Positions 60,686 through 64,000 of a stretch of DNA of 64,000 nt are shown here, in pieces (the first letter of the stretch is position 1; every line of letters begins with the position of its first letter). The notes beneath the pieces are model-generated. The model did no database searches, was not told where the DNA came from, and was given only the letters and a program-made list of their open reading frames with translations. Source of the stretch: Balanoglossus misakiensis (taxonomy: Eukaryota; Animalia; Hemichordata); contig CM082598.2 in NCBI GenBank assembly GCA_040954595.2, positions 1,364,001 to 1,428,000 on the forward strand, read 5' to 3'. A program made the translations under genes and the position numbers.

Positions 60686-63679
60686 GCTGGCAATCTTCAG
60701 CTGCAATTATTTCTTCTTATAAAACGATGTCCAAATCTGTATAAGAAAAGATATAACAGATGTAGTTATTGGCATCAAAACATGTTGCAACAGCAAAGTC
60801 CCCAGTTGTAACTGAAGTACATCCAGCTATCTGTATATAAAGGTAGTTTACATCATGTAAATTTAACTGTATTCAGAAAGATTGTACAGTTACATGTATA
60901 CCTTTGACTTGAGACTAAGATGTGTTTTTCTGTGGGTGGGTGCATCCATTAGCGATAATACTATAATAATTCTATTTATGGAAACTAAAACGTCCTTTGT
61001 TAATAATTAATACATGATTATTAACAATTGTGTGGGGATTACAATTGCATAGAAATAATCAAATAAATCAAGGACGATGGTTGATCATGTAACTTTATGT
61101 ACCAGTACATTATACTGTTCATGTGCATGTTTTATCTACATAAAGAATATTTTAATGAACATTCTATCATGCAGTTTTAACTTTTCTCAAACACAAATGC
61201 CAGTGCTGACCTGGAATGTGTCTGCTTGTTATCACAATAAATTTTGTATTCTGTATTCTTGCTTCACAGGATATTAACCATTAAAAAAAAAACATGTGGA
61301 TTTCATAAAAGAAGTCAAAGGTGGTGTGATTTACAAAATATAGTATTCCATCGTAATTTTATGGACCAAGACCAGTAGTGAATTTTCGGTACATGTATAT
61401 AAACTGACCGCGGGCCATTCTGGAGTACACATTTCAAACTAGGCAGTTTGTCTGAAAGTTATCAACTGTCAGTTTGTTTTGAAACATATCGCAGTTTACC
61501 TTCACACTACCCTGTACATTTCAAGAATATTCTTTGCCCATTTCGACTGAACTATTTTTATGTTTCAATTCTGAAATCACACCGGAAATTACAAAACTCT
61601 GCAAAGAACATAAGCACATACAGAAAAGCAATAAAGGGGCTCTTGCTAGAGTGACGAGTTCACCTTTAAACCCTAGAACCATTATTTATTCTACACAGGC
61701 CATTTTGTTACATCCTCTGGGGCTTGAGCAAATTAATTGTGAAATCCTCCTGCATTGAAATGAAAGCATGATGTATGCTGGCTTGTGGAGAATGCTAGTG
61801 ATTTCCCTGAGAATGAAGTTCTGGCTTTTGATCAGAAATCCTTGATCGCAGGCCTGAATTCACTGCCTAATCTGCAGATAGACGTGATGTGTATTTAATA
61901 AGGAGGCTATACATGTATATATCATCATAGTGCTTAAAATACAATCTGTACGACAGAAATGAAAAGAAAGCATGTGACTCTGAGACACCAGACTAAACTT
62001 AAGAACAAAGAAGTACACTCTGGGGATAAAGTAACAGTATGCAACTAAGATCACATTCAGAGAATCAAATCGACCCATCCAGTGACCTTCACCTGAAATG
62101 ACCCTCGCATGTTTCACGATGTGACCTTACACGTACAACCGTTAAAATGTTCTTTGCATGATAGAAGTATCCTCACGGCATCTGCTCAAGATCTAGATTT
62201 TATTGAGTGTACGTTCGCTGTTTTCTACAGTGCTCAATCTGCTTGCATGTGACAGTTGTCAATGTCAGACAATTTACATATTGACAATTAAGTATTATGG
62301 GTAATTCCCCTTTGGGTGATGATGAACTCTTGATAAGTTCACAAGTTTTCAAGTCAGTCTCGCTTTGCTGTGCCGTGCTTTGTCCAGACAAGTCTGGGTA
62401 AAGCTGAAAGTAATATGAGATCTGCTGCAAGCCAGAGTCAGAGACAAGCCATGGTGCTGATTTACTGCCATCTGACAGATTGTTTCGTGGTGACGCAAAC
62501 ACAATTGGGATTACACCATATGCTTCTACCCTTGTGGCCAGCCAATGTGTGTATCATTCATGAGTTCAGAACATATTGCTACAGCCATGAACAATGTGTG
62601 ATCATGTAAATATCCAGCAATATGCTTTGAACAGAAAAAAAATCTATTTCTGTACATTATCAATGCCATTACATATACATAACAATGCTTTCGGACTGTG
62701 TGCATGAAATTCTCACTTTAGTTTGCCTGTTATCAATACTAGGAGCCAAGAGTACTTCATCATCCATTTAGCAAACATCTTGACTTGTAAACTGATTAAT
62801 ATCTATATGTTACTTCCCACTGATCTCTTGATCCCTTTATTACAATGGTTTGGTCCAAAACCATTGTTTTCTATGAAGATGGACCTGGGAAATGGGGGTG
62901 GAAGGGTCAAGTAGCAAGTAGCAGGAATTCCCCCGATGGGGAATTTTGAAAGGGGAGGGGGTTAAATAATTAGTTTATAGTGAACTACCTCACTGTAATA
63001 GATTGAGCAATGTGTAGCTGTTGATAATGCTACATTTCATCATAGGCCACACAAGAAAATTTTAATAAGATATCGCCAACTGTCTCGAGGAGGGGGCGTG
63101 GCAACAATTGACAATTTATTTGAAGGGGCATGAAGGTTCTTAACTTAATTATTATTGGGATAAAGTTTGAATACACGAAGCCACAGTCATGGCAGTGATG
63201 AGCATGTTCGTTTCATTCAGCTGTTCAAACGAATGTGCCAGTCATTACACAAACTGACCTACTTCGACCGCTCTCCCGAAACCAACGTAAACATTGATGA
63301 ATACAGGGTTTATAGCGTTTATTTTCTGTGGAAGACAGTAAGCCTTTTTTCAGCTACTGGTATTCTGTACAAAGGAGACTTTCATGCTTTCTGGTACACG
63401 TACACACGCGAGTTCGAATACAGACAACACACCATAGCTTGGTGTAATTAGATCCACTGTAGACAGGGTGGGTCTCTATATGTTTCCAAAAAGCGGCGAC
63501 CGCTTATTGCGTCATGCATATGGTAATCGACGATACCAAATTTGTACATGTACCCATCAGGCTGTGCCGAGCAATACCCCCTGCCGAATGTACAACAATT
63601 CTTCCAGTTGTGATAATTATCACGTTTCTTTCACACCTTTTTCAAAACACGTACTGCCTACTGGTCACTTAACACTTAC

Positions 63680-63778
63680 CTACAGCCGACTGTTAAATTC
63701 GTGTGCTTCGCGGATACAAGCCGGTGGACGATCCATCAGACGTCAGCCGTGATCAAAACTAGCTATTATCACCAGTCT
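63680..63778 (-). other. Probable non-coding 5' UTR exon of MICAL
   Basis: tttttttcaag acceptor and tag|gtaagt donor; CpG-rich surroundings; another donor (aag|gtaggg) near 63971; YY1-, octamer- and AP-1-like motifs at 63860-63899. Confidence 0.45.
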
Positions 63779-64000
63779 CTTGAAAAAAATAAATGAAGAA
63801 TAACGGCACATGCAGAGTCTTAAATTTCCACACGAACGATTACAGACTACCTTAAATAGCGGCCATTTTCCTCATTTGCATATCAAAATATGAGTCATTC
63901 GCTGTGTTGTGTAATTCGATATTTCGTCGGTGGTGGCGCTCGCCATTGCCTGCTACCTGAATTACCCTACCTTTCGTTTGTTTTTAAGTTGTTCAAACTC

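Noticed and set aside
42312-62915. Short dispersed repeat tgttttctatg.(t)aaagttggacct...gggggtg at ~42312, ~56530 and ~62865
   Set aside because: Real but short fragments of an unclassifiable interspersed repeat; ends not definable.

Overview
AT-rich, intron-containing animal genomic DNA; a marine invertebrate, possibly a deuterostome, is inferred from repeat and gene style only. (1) 0.5-10.4 kb: a Psq/CENP-B HTH (pogo/Tigger-type) ORF, a two-exon HIRAN-like reading frame with an in-frame TGA, two tandem Sulfotransfer_5/BCAT-like-N-terminal paralogs (- strand), and a 3-coding-exon CHST11-14-family carbohydrate sulfotransferase (+). (2) 10.8-36.2 kb: a ~25-kb block with no intact ORF between the convergent 3' ends of CHST and MICAL. 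It opens with a well-spaced TATA/Inr promoter carrying E2F/MYB/CCAAT motifs and a decayed spliced gene. It continues with segmental duplications, several satellites sharing a CTAAG/CTTAG core whose strand polarity flips three times, a 2,070-bp in-phase hexamer array that changes sequence stepwise, a GC hairpin cluster, a 47-bp CpG minisatellite, a 7-kb modular satellite with higher-order repeats, and a 207-bp tandem array. (3) 38.3-60.7 kb (-): a MICAL gene, 24 coding exons assembled by hand into ~2,889 aa, with ~14 copies of a short helical motif between the CH and LIM domains, a 24-nt microexon, and an intronic ~668-codon ORF carrying an HMG-box-like motif. TTAA- and TA-target MITEs are scattered throughout. 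All calls were read by eye; no searches were run.
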